Source: a virus (Duplodnaviria; Caudoviricetes). From it: 30,992 nt of DNA. Shown here piece by piece: positions 1-8,229 of this stretch (its first letter is position 1; each line of letters opens with the position of its first letter). The stretch spans positions 1 through 30,992 of the IMG/VR virus record IMGVR_UViG_3300036376_000018; one strand, 5' to 3'. Below the pieces are notes generated by a model. It had not been told where the DNA came from. It ran no database searches and saw only the letters and a program-made list of their open reading frames with translations. The position numbers and the translations under genes are program-made.

Positions 1-615
1 TTATTTAAGTTGCTCTAAGAAGTCTCTTTTGAATTCAAATGAAACGTTGTTACTTTCTTTTAACATTTTAATACTTAGTTTATCAATATACTTTATAATA
101 AATGTATCAGATAGTTTTTGATATTCTGAAATGTTAAGCCAATTGACTTTATCTTTAAATTCAACTATAAAGTCTTCTGGTAATTTTTGAAATTTTGAAA
201 TATTCCACCAACATACTTTATCTTTAAATTCTCTTATAATGTCAAATGGTATTGTTACATATCTTGAAACATCAAACAAATGAATTTTATTCTTAAATTC
301 TCTTATAAAGTCTTCTGAGAACATTTGATAACGTGAGATTATATTCCAGTTAAATTTGTTTTGATATTCTCTTATAAAGTCTTCAGAGAGTTTTTGATAT
401 TTTGAAATTAAATTCCAATCTAATTTATTTTGAAATTCTCTAATAAATTCTTCTGATAATTCCTGATACTCTGAAATATTATTCCAATTTAATCTATATT
501 GATACTCTCTTATAAAACCTTCTGGCAGTGTTTTGTCTTTTGAAATTTCATTCCATTTTCTATTATGTCTTTTGATAATTTCTTTGTATTCTTTGTTATT
601 GTGTTTTACTTTCAT
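1..615 (-). CDS. Tryptophan-repeat protein (about 7 tandem 23-aa repeats)
   Basis: Repeats of consensus LSEDFIREFQxKxxWxxISxYQx are visible in the translation; resembles the Trp-repeat family of entomopoxviruses and some phages; stop codon at 1-3. Confidence 0.75.
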   Translation of the reverse strand: MKVKHNNKEYKEIIKRHNRKWNEISKDKTLPEGFIREYQYRLNWNNISEYQELSEEFIREFQNKLDWNLISKYQKLSEDFIREYQNKFNWNIISRYQMFSEDFIREFKNKIHLFDVSRYVTIPFDIIREFKDKVCWWNISKFQKLPEDFIVEFKDKVNWLNISEYQKLSDTFIIKYIDKLSIKMLKESNNVSFEFKRDFLEQLK

Positions 616-645
616 TTTTTGTTAGTGTTTTACGTATTTTTTTAT

Positions 646-2424
646 TTAGAATTTGTATGACAAATTATTATATTCTTGTTCATCTTCTTCTGTTAGCACT
701 AACTCTTTCCTGCCGAAATGTTGATAATGAACTTTGTATATTTCATAATCAATTCTTTTCTTCTGATATTCTTCTGTTTCATCTGAATCACATTTTACAA
801 AAAACTCTCTGTAAAAATATCCTTTGAAATACTTTTCATTTAGAGTTTCAATAATTATATTACCATTATCTTCATCATTACTGATTTTATCAGTTACTTT
901 TGTTTCATTGACAAAATCCTGAACCAGCACATCATATTTATATGTATTGTTTTCAATCTCACTACCTGAATATTCAAACTGAGGTCTTTCAAATACCTTT
1001 GTTTTGAGTTTTACAGGTATTCCGGTGAACTCTTGTAATTCTTCAAGCATGATATTATACACTACATCTAACATATCAAGTGTCGTAATAATACAATCAT
1101 GCTTAGTAAGTATAATACTATCTGAATATTGTATTGAGATACGCTTACAGATTCTATTAATGATACATTCAGATTCGAGTTTGGATAGCTGATTAGGTAA
1201 GTATTCCAAACCTCTTGTTTTAAAAGAATCAATAATCTGAGTAATGAGAGGAAAATGAGTACTCATATAAGTACGTACACTACTCTGTGTAGTGGGTTTA
1301 GAGAATAAGTATTTTGAAAAGAAAAGATGTTTTGCTTCTTCTCTGGTTATACCAATCTCAGTAGATATATGACTGTATAAGTCAGTAGAATATATATGAG
1401 TTAGTTTTTTTAATTCTTCTATTGTTGGGAAATCATTAGGGGAGATATGAGTATAATAATTATATTTATTTTCTTCTAATGATTTCCCATTATTATCATT
1501 TATATGTTTTTTAGTTATATAATCATGTAAAAATTTTATTAAAAAGTATGGTTGGCTTGAAGTAATGTCTATTTCTATCAATTTACTTTCTTCTAATGAT
1601 TTCCCAATATCATTTGTATATTTTTTAACTGATATAAATGGAAGTAGTAAATTGGGTAGGTTTGTGATGTAGCTATATACTCTCCCTGAATTGCTATCCA
1701 GTTTAAAATTTATATCTCCTTCTGATATTTGGTTTATAGAAGAAAGGAAGGCTGTATAATTCTCATCATCAAATGTTCTATTCTTCTTTGTATAAGTAAA
1801 CCATTTCGTTTTTACGTCCTTATCCCTGAGAGGTATTTTATTTTCCAGACACCAGCTAACATATTTTCTTGCTTCAATACTATCTATTTCAATTTCCAGT
1901 AGGTTATCTCGCAAAAACCTGTATTCTTTCAATTTACTATTTTCAAGTATATTTTTAGTTTTATTCTCTTTCCTCTTTTCGTTCTTTACAGCCAGTTTTT
2001 CAAAACCCTTTTCAATAGATTGCATTAATTCAGCATCATCACATTGAAAGACTTTTGCCTTTACTTCCCGGTACTGCTCTGTGAGCCTGTAAGACTTACT
2101 AAATATTCCCGGATGGAAATTGTCATTTCGTTCAAATATTCCCCATGCCAGTAGATTCTTAATACAAACTCCAATATTGACAGTCTTTCCAAAAACCTGT
2201 TTGAGTTGTGTTTGACTAATATTGATGAATGTGTTTTTCGTATTACTCTTATCCTTATTTCTCAGCATGTAGTAGGTGTTAATAAAATACAGGTAGCGAG
2301 GCAAGAACTTAGGTAAATGATTCTCACGTGGATTTGCTTTATAGAGTTGTTTGGATTGTTCTTTCTCTGTAATTAGCTTGATAAGGTCAAGGTTACTTGG
2401 GATTAGATACTGTTTTTCAATCAT
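646..2424 (-). CDS. Divergent family-A (Pol I / T7 RNAP superfamily) polymerase-like protein
   Basis: Ordered motifs DSNSGRVY, EIDITSSQP (motif A), DLY...TREEAK (motif B), LTKHDCI (motif C); no recognisable 3'-5' exonuclease motifs. Confidence 0.7.
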   Translation of the reverse strand: MIEKQYLIPSNLDLIKLITEKEQSKQLYKANPRENHLPKFLPRYLYFINTYYMLRNKDKSNTKNTFINISQTQLKQVFGKTVNIGVCIKNLLAWGIFERNDNFHPGIFSKSYRLTEQYREVKAKVFQCDDAELMQSIEKGFEKLAVKNEKRKENKTKNILENSKLKEYRFLRDNLLEIEIDSIEARKYVSWCLENKIPLRDKDVKTKWFTYTKKNRTFDDENYTAFLSSINQISEGDINFKLDSNSGRVYSYITNLPNLLLPFISVKKYTNDIGKSLEESKLIEIDITSSQPYFLIKFLHDYITKKHINDNNGKSLEENKYNYYTHISPNDFPTIEELKKLTHIYSTDLYSHISTEIGITREEAKHLFFSKYLFSKPTTQSSVRTYMSTHFPLITQIIDSFKTRGLEYLPNQLSKLESECIINRICKRISIQYSDSIILTKHDCIITTLDMLDVVYNIMLEELQEFTGIPVKLKTKVFERPQFEYSGSEIENNTYKYDVLVQDFVNETKVTDKISNDEDNGNIIIETLNEKYFKGYFYREFFVKCDSDETEEYQKKRIDYEIYKVHYQHFGRKELVLTEEDEQEYNNLSYKF

Positions 2425-2482
2425 GATTTTTCATGTATGTTTTAGTTTAATGATGCTGTTCGCCAAAACAGCTTTTGTTTTT

Positions 2483-2491
2483 ATAAATAGT
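2483..2491 (-). promoter_or_regulatory. ACTATTTAT motif upstream of the polymerase gene
   Basis: + strand ATAAATAGT, 58 nt before the ATG at 2424. Confidence 0.65.
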
Positions 2492-2681
2492 TATAACTCC
2501 AGCAAAAATTATACATCTCTGCCAGACAAAACAATTCATTTAATTTCTTTTGTTTGAAAAAAGATAAAATACTGATATTCAATAAATTAACTAAAAAACT
2601 ATTTTTCAAAACTGACAAATAGACAGAAAATATTTTTTATTGTCAGTATTTTAAATATGCCAGATGTCAGGATTTGGCAGG

Positions 2682-2715
2682 AAAAACAAAGACCTCTCAT
2701 TGCTGAGAGGTCTTT
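2682..2715 (-). terminator. Intrinsic terminator (possibly bidirectional)
   Basis: AAAGACCTCTCA-ttgc-TGAGAGGTCTTT perfect stem with T-rich tails. Confidence 0.75.
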
Positions 2716-2768
2716 TAAAGTTTTGGCGACTTTTTAAACTAAAATACATGAAAGAATTCAGTACAAAT
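2682..2768 (-). ncRNA. Candidate trans-acting antisense sRNA-1 (target: polymerase leader)
   Basis: ACTATTTAT at 2769-2777(-), about 50 nt body, then terminator; the body is complementary to the minus-strand leader at 2429-2469. Confidence 0.55.
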
Positions 2769-2777
2769 ATAAATAGT
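2769..2777 (-). promoter_or_regulatory. ACTATTTAT motif
   Basis: + strand ATAAATAGT. Confidence 0.6.
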
Positions 2778-2826
2778 TTCTATGAAAGAAAAAAATATAT
2801 ATAGAGGAATTATATTTTAAAATAAA

Positions 2827-3294
2827 TTATAGGTATATGGCAGATGTATCTATATTAGTCATTTTTATAAGACTAATATAGTGCTTAATTTTTTCATTTT
2901 TTGTTAAATTACTAATATCCATTGTAAGTTGAGGGAATTTATAATTTAGAAAAAATAGGCATCTTTGGTCTACTATTTTAAAATTTTCAATCTCTTCAAA
3001 ATTTAACATATTAATTGAACTTTCAAATAAAGGAATTATTATATCATATAAAAGAAAATTTTTTGCAATCTCTAAGTCATAAGCAATGAACTCATCAAAA
3101 GTTATTTTAATTTCTTCCTTATTATTATATTGAGTCTTTTCACCTTTTATAAAATGTTGATTTTTATGATTGATAAATATATGCAATCGTTCAGAAAAAA
3201 ACTTATTATTATTTCCTTCCCATGTTGAAATAATTAAGTAAGATTTACCCACGTTAGTATATGGGCTTTCATAATAAGTAGGTATTACTGCCAT
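2827..3294 (-). CDS. Hypothetical protein
   Basis: 155-aa ORF 25 nt downstream of the Shedu gene; no motif recognised. Confidence 0.55.
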   Translation of the reverse strand: MAVIPTYYESPYTNVGKSYLIISTWEGNNNKFFSERLHIFINHKNQHFIKGEKTQYNNKEEIKITFDEFIAYDLEIAKNFLLYDIIIPLFESSINMLNFEEIENFKIVDQRCLFFLNYKFPQLTMDISNLTKNEKIKHYISLIKMTNIDTSAIYL

Positions 3295-3319
3295 AGTTTG
3301 AAAATTTTAGAAAGTAATT

Positions 3320-4636
3320 TTATAAATTTATTGCTCCTGTTATAACTTTATACAATATTTCTAATTTTGAAAGTAATTCATCAAAAGTAACTATATCTAC
3401 ATGCTTTTGGTTTGCTCTCACCAACTCAAAACATTTAGCCTGACTCTTATTTAAACTTGATTTTTTCCCTATAACTAATATAGCCTTGGGATCAAAAGCA
3501 TGAGGTGGCAATTCATCGGAACTTCCTAAAGTATTCAAATATTTTAAAAAAATATCTTTTTGGTCTAAACATTGATTTATTCCACCTGAAAGTTCATCAG
3601 AAATAAAGTAAACGTTAGGTTTTCTATAAGGATTAGGTTTTACCAGTGGTTTTATGTGAGTTTTTATTTCAATTAGGGCAGAATTATCTCCTAATTCATT
3701 TTTAAATAAGAAATCCACAATTCGACCTTTTTCGTCTTCAATAGTTTTACCACCTAAATAGGCTTTACCTTTGTTTAGAATTACTTGATAAGGGAACAAG
3801 TGACTTAGTACCCAAGAGTAGCTTTCAAAAAAGTTTTGCCATTTTTCCTCATTATCCGTTGTTTCTAATAGTAACACTTTAAACTTGGAAATAATATCTT
3901 CTAAAAAAACTGTTTCTATTCTCTCTTTTGTTTTGATAAAATGTGAAGTCGAAATAATTCTTCCAGCAGGTAAAGTATCAAATATCATTGCGAGTGAATC
4001 AACGTCACTTGCATTCATCTTCTCAAAAGATGCGAACTTTTCTAAAAAATATTTCAGATGCCCTCCGGTTAATTTTTTTTCAATTTTACTAACTTTTCGA
4101 GAAATGTTAGCTAATTCATTATTTACTAAATGTCTTTTAAAGCTATCTGATAAATTTATTTCTTTGGTTATCTTTTTTAAAATTTGTTCTAACTCATCCC
4201 AATTAAAAGTAATTGTTTTTGTTGAGAAACGTGTGCTAACACCCGCCATATTAGTACCAATAACAATGGTTTCTAAGTCTTCAAACTTTTTGAGAAGAAA
4301 AAAGAAAAGTAACTTAGTACTTTTATAACGCATTCCATACCCCTTTGTAAACCTAAGTGAAGCAGGCAGGTCAGAAAGTGATTCCCATCCTTTTAATACA
4401 ATTTTATTAATAGGTCTTGGTTTTATTTCATTAGTATTACGTCTATATGTATAAGGGTAAAGCGTAATTTTCTGTTCATTGGTATTAATTTCCTTAGTTT
4501 TGTAGATAGATTCAGAGTTAGTATTATAAAAATAATAAACCTGTTTTCCTCCACTGTCAGAATATAGATTTTCTTCTAATGGGATTATTTGTGGTTGTGG
4601 ATTTTCTTCATCCACTGGTGTAGTAAGTGGTTGCAT
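3320..4636 (-). CDS. sduA: Shedu anti-phage nuclease (DUF4263 C-terminal domain)
   Basis: EEKWQNFFESYSWVL, IVDFL...ALIEIKT, ELSGGINQCLDQK, LVIG, FEL.R...VDIVTFDELL are characteristic DUF4263 motifs; the ATG at 4636 is preferred over the TTG at 4675. Confidence 0.85.
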   Translation of the reverse strand: MQPLTTPVDEENPQPQIIPLEENLYSDSGGKQVYYFYNTNSESIYKTKEINTNEQKITLYPYTYRRNTNEIKPRPINKIVLKGWESLSDLPASLRFTKGYGMRYKSTKLLFFFLLKKFEDLETIVIGTNMAGVSTRFSTKTITFNWDELEQILKKITKEINLSDSFKRHLVNNELANISRKVSKIEKKLTGGHLKYFLEKFASFEKMNASDVDSLAMIFDTLPAGRIISTSHFIKTKERIETVFLEDIISKFKVLLLETTDNEEKWQNFFESYSWVLSHLFPYQVILNKGKAYLGGKTIEDEKGRIVDFLFKNELGDNSALIEIKTHIKPLVKPNPYRKPNVYFISDELSGGINQCLDQKDIFLKYLNTLGSSDELPPHAFDPKAILVIGKKSSLNKSQAKCFELVRANQKHVDIVTFDELLSKLEILYKVITGAINL

Positions 4637-4728
4637 TGTGGAAAATATTAAGTAGTAAGAGGTAAAGGTTATCAAATATCAGTAAAGCATTGACGAAAGT
4701 CAATAGTAGTTAATATTTTTAAAAGTTC

Positions 4729-5172
4729 TTATATTATCGCATTGGGTCTGTTATTAAGAGAAAGTACTCTTTTATGCTTGGCATGTTCAACTTTATTAAT
4801 AAATTCAAGTACATCTCCTCTTTTCATTCCAGTAACCTTTATTTTCATTTGGGTACTTGGAGAAGCTATAATGATAAAGTTCTTTCGTGTAGCTAAATAA
4901 AGTGCTCCAAGAGCTATGGCTACCAATAATCCAGTAGCAAAAAAACTACCACCTCCCATACCTCCACCTATTAAAGCAATACCAGCTAAGACTAATAAAA
5001 TGATGTAGGTACTGAAATAATTTTCACAGGAGGTAATATGTTCCAGCATGATACTCTGATTGTATGAACGTCCCCAATCCTTATATTCATAGCAGATACG
5101 GTGTGTAGTAAGCGTTACAGCACCCTCAGAGGATTGTGTTAAGATTTGTTCATCATGGAAAAGTTGAAGCAT
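4729..5172 (-). CDS. Small membrane protein (PH-like N-terminus, two TM helices)
   Basis: VTLTTHRI beta motif followed by two hydrophobic Gly-rich segments. Confidence 0.6.
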   Translation of the reverse strand: MLQLFHDEQILTQSSEGAVTLTTHRICYEYKDWGRSYNQSIMLEHITSCENYFSTYIILLVLAGIALIGGGMGGGSFFATGLLVAIALGALYLATRKNFIIIASPSTQMKIKVTGMKRGDVLEFINKVEHAKHKRVLSLNNRPNAII

Positions 5173-5201
5173 AAAAAGCAGTCTGATTAACTTTGGAATA
5201 A

Positions 5202-5387
5202 TTATTTAACTACCTGATAACTACATAAACCAAACGATATAAATTCTATTTTACCTTCTTGTTCAAGCTCTTCTATAATTTGTTTTGTTTGTTCATCTGT
5301 AAAACCTAACATTTCACCTAAAGTATATTCATCCTGCTCACCATTATTTTGTTTTAAGGCTATCAAATATTTTTCTTTATCTTTCAT
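5202..5387 (-). CDS. Small winged-helix-like protein
   Basis: 61 aa; LGEMLGFTDEQTKQIIEELEQEGKI resembles an HTH plus wing. Confidence 0.45.
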   Translation of the reverse strand: MKDKEKYLIALKQNNGEQDEYTLGEMLGFTDEQTKQIIEELEQEGKIEFISFGLCSYQVVK

Positions 5388-5399
5388 GTTTATAGTTGT

Positions 5400-5792
5400 T
5401 TACAATAGTCTATCCAGTAGTTCTTTTAACTCTTTTAATCTTGGCATTAGTATTCCCTGATTTGCTTGATAGTAAGCTAAAAGTCGTTGATTTCCTGCCT
5501 GTGAAATAATTTGCTCATTCATGCTTGAAATAGGTCTTTCACCTTCTAACATAGATGCTACAACCAGAATCGTCAAGTCTATATTTCTATGAATAGGTAG
5601 TTCCTCACTTTGTCTGCTCCATCTACCACCTACTCGTCTAAAAACTTTTACTGAGAAGTCATCTTCATCATATTGAGCTTGTCCGATTGATAATGATTCT
5701 ACATCAGTATTACCAGCGTATTGACCGTCTATTTCATCGTAATCATCTATGGCAATAATGGGTCTGTGACTTAAATGGGTTGGAACTGTCAT
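5400..5792 (-). CDS. DUF6530-like protein
   Basis: PTHLSHRP, IDGQYA.NTD..SLSIG.AQ, WSRQSEELPIHR..DL match my recollection of that family. Confidence 0.6.
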   Translation of the reverse strand: MTVPTHLSHRPIIAIDDYDEIDGQYAGNTDVESLSIGQAQYDEDDFSVKVFRRVGGRWSRQSEELPIHRNIDLTILVVASMLEGERPISSMNEQIISQAGNQRLLAYYQANQGILMPRLKELKELLDRLL

Positions 5793-5827
5793 AATTAAAT
5801 ATGCTATGATTATTATTACAAAAGTTG

Positions 5828-6721
5828 TTATTTATTATTTTTAAATAATCTATCTACATGTTTCTTTAAGTTGTATGATTCTGTTCTACAAGAAATTAAA
5901 TTTTTTAGAAATGTAATATAAGACTTTGTTTCATTATTGGGGCTTCTGAAATTTCTGCCTATTGAAAAGAATAAAATACTTACTGAAAATGACCAAGGCT
6001 CTGGAATACTCTCTCCTGTTTTAAATTTATCTTTAATAATCATATCGACTTCCTTTTGAAACTCAATGGCTCTATCAATATTTAAAGATGCTTCATTCAT
6101 TACTTCATTTAACTCCTCAATCTCTTCTGATTTTTTTAATTCAGTAAGTACTTGAAGGATATCATTAGCAGAAGTTGATTGTGACAAAACATATTGTGTT
6201 AGAGAAGGTACTATAAAATTATGCTTTATTCCTGCTTTCACCTTCTTTGACCATAGCTTATCTGCTTCTATTCCTAATTCCTTGTCAATGGCATCTATTA
6301 ATTCAATAAAGTTATTGTCAATGTTAATTGTTGGATTATCAATTACTTTTGTTGCTCTTTCGGGACTTATATAAAGGTCAGCATCAACATATTTAGACAT
6401 AAGCAAGTAATAATCTGCTCCTAAATTATTATTATTTAATGGCAAAATTCTATTCTCGTAATCTAAAATAAATGGAGTCAATAATGGGGCAATTTTCTTT
6501 TTAAAATTAGGAAATCTTAACCATGCTGACTGAAAACCATTATCTAAAAAAAATGTTTTTTCATAAAATAATATACCATTTATTAAACTTGATAATGACC
6601 CGATTGAACTATACAACTCATCCTCTTCTGGATATAAGAGTTCCGTATCTCCATCAACTAAAGCAGCTACATTTTCTAAAGACCAGTTATCAATAAGAGA
6701 TTTATTAGGTGTATTTGTCAT
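5828..6721 (-). CDS. Hypothetical protein
   Basis: 297-aa ORF, no function recognised. Confidence 0.6.
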   Translation of the reverse strand: MTNTPNKSLIDNWSLENVAALVDGDTELLYPEEDELYSSIGSLSSLINGILFYEKTFFLDNGFQSAWLRFPNFKKKIAPLLTPFILDYENRILPLNNNNLGADYYLLMSKYVDADLYISPERATKVIDNPTINIDNNFIELIDAIDKELGIEADKLWSKKVKAGIKHNFIVPSLTQYVLSQSTSANDILQVLTELKKSEEIEELNEVMNEASLNIDRAIEFQKEVDMIIKDKFKTGESIPEPWSFSVSILFFSIGRNFRSPNNETKSYITFLKNLISCRTESYNLKKHVDRLFKNNK

Positions 6722-6787
6722 AATATCTATATTTCTTTCTATATATCAGAGTAAACAAATCATTTTTGGTTATTACTAATAACTATA

Positions 6788-7978
6788 TTATGCTTTTTTA
6801 TCTTCTTTATTTTCTTCTTTCTTTTCTTCTTTCTTACCTTCCTTCTTTTCTTCTGTTTTTTGGTAATACTTTAATAAGTCAGTCAACATATTTAACATTC
6901 CAGTATCCATTTCATTTTCCAGTTCTGCTTTTTTCAAATATGCAGTACTCTCTTCTTTCGCTAATTTATAATTTCTCTCTACCAGAGATAATTCTTTCAG
7001 AATAGAGTCTACCCTCTTTTCATTTTTAAATATATGTGCTACTTTTAGGGCTGAAACCTTAGTATTTAGATTTGTTAATTCATTTTGATAATACTTTATA
7101 TCTTCCAGATTATTCCTATAAAGTCTTAAAAAGAAAAAAGCAAAAATTTGAATAAATATAACAAAAGAAATACGTGGCAACAAATTAATCAATGCTATTG
7201 AAATATCTGTTTCCCTTGGGGAAAATAAAATAGTTGATATAAGAATAAAAACCGAAATACTTGTTACTATTATACCAAGATATAAATTTAAAGCTGAGTT
7301 TCTTTGTAGTTTATCAATTGACTTTTGAGTGTCAGAAGTTATAGGATTTATCGAATCAATAAATAATTCAAAATTTATTAATTTTCTATAATTTTCTTCT
7401 ACTTTTTCAATTAAATAAATATCTAAATTTTGTAAAACTTTTTCATATACTTCTTTTTTTGAACTTTCTACTACTTCCTTTTGTAAGTCATTTAATACTT
7501 TTTCATAAATCGCCTTTTGAATTCCATCTATTGTAGTATTGCCTTTTATTACACCTTTTATTTCTTTTTCAATTTCAGTAAAATTCTTAGTAAGTGTTTT
7601 TTCAAAGAGAGAGATTTTACTCTCTAAGTTTGGAATTTTTTCTACCATTAACAACTCTACAAAGTCTTTATTTGATTTTTTTTCAACACCTGTTAGAAAT
7701 TTTATAGTATATTGCCCAATTTCAAAAAGCAAGCCAATCATAAAAGAGAGAACAAGTATTAATAGAAAATTTCCTTGATTTTCTAAAACCAAATTATATG
7801 CTTTATAATCAGCCCTTTTATAATATTCACCAATAGTGTAATACATATAAACTAAAAAACCTATATATATTAATGATAAAGTTAATGCAACAATAAAGGT
7901 TACTCTTAAAGCGAGACTTCTAATAGTTGAGCCTATTAATCTACTTGTAAGACCTTCAACAGGTAATGTATCTACCAT
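6788..7978 (-). CDS. Four-TM membrane protein with central coiled coil
   Basis: Two N-terminal TMs, a long helical region, two TMs followed by FFFLRLYR...IKYYQNELTN, and a K/E-rich tail. Confidence 0.65.
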   Translation of the reverse strand: MVDTLPVEGLTSRLIGSTIRSLALRVTFIVALTLSLIYIGFLVYMYYTIGEYYKRADYKAYNLVLENQGNFLLILVLSFMIGLLFEIGQYTIKFLTGVEKKSNKDFVELLMVEKIPNLESKISLFEKTLTKNFTEIEKEIKGVIKGNTTIDGIQKAIYEKVLNDLQKEVVESSKKEVYEKVLQNLDIYLIEKVEENYRKLINFELFIDSINPITSDTQKSIDKLQRNSALNLYLGIIVTSISVFILISTILFSPRETDISIALINLLPRISFVIFIQIFAFFFLRLYRNNLEDIKYYQNELTNLNTKVSALKVAHIFKNEKRVDSILKELSLVERNYKLAKEESTAYLKKAELENEMDTGMLNMLTDLLKYYQKTEEKKEGKKEEKKEENKEDKKA

Positions 7979-8197
7979 AACTAATTTTTTAGAATAGAGT
8001 ATAGAATTTATCTATCAAACCTCCACAATCCATACTACAAAGTCAATACGTAGTTTTACGGTATTTTCACCCTATTTCTTTGAATTTCAGCACATTTTTG
8101 CGTAGAACTACGCAATTTTCAGCAGATTTTGATATTTCAGTAAGAAAAATATAAATTGCAAGTCGAGTTACATACAACTCGCATAGCTGGTTGAAGG

Positions 8198-8229
8198 AAA
8201 TCCTGTTCTCTTTGAGGTCAGGATTTTTT
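8198..8229. terminator. Terminator hairpin
   Basis: AAATCCTG...CAGGATTT plus T tract, directly after the stop of 8228-9217(-). Confidence 0.55.

Noticed and set aside
1-615. 69-bp periodic repeats as a CRISPR array
   Set aside because: They are degenerate in-frame coding repeats, with no identical repeat/unique spacer structure and no cas genes
3885-4328. Antisense and shadow ORFs (this one, and 1004, 2351, 6766, 7539, 10696, 12080, 12639, 12806, 17942, 18721, 18759, 18877, 19501, 20918, 21303, 21560, 21606, 22154, 24943, 27257, 28657, 28742)
   Set aside because: They overlap well-supported genes and have the composition typical of non-coding frames
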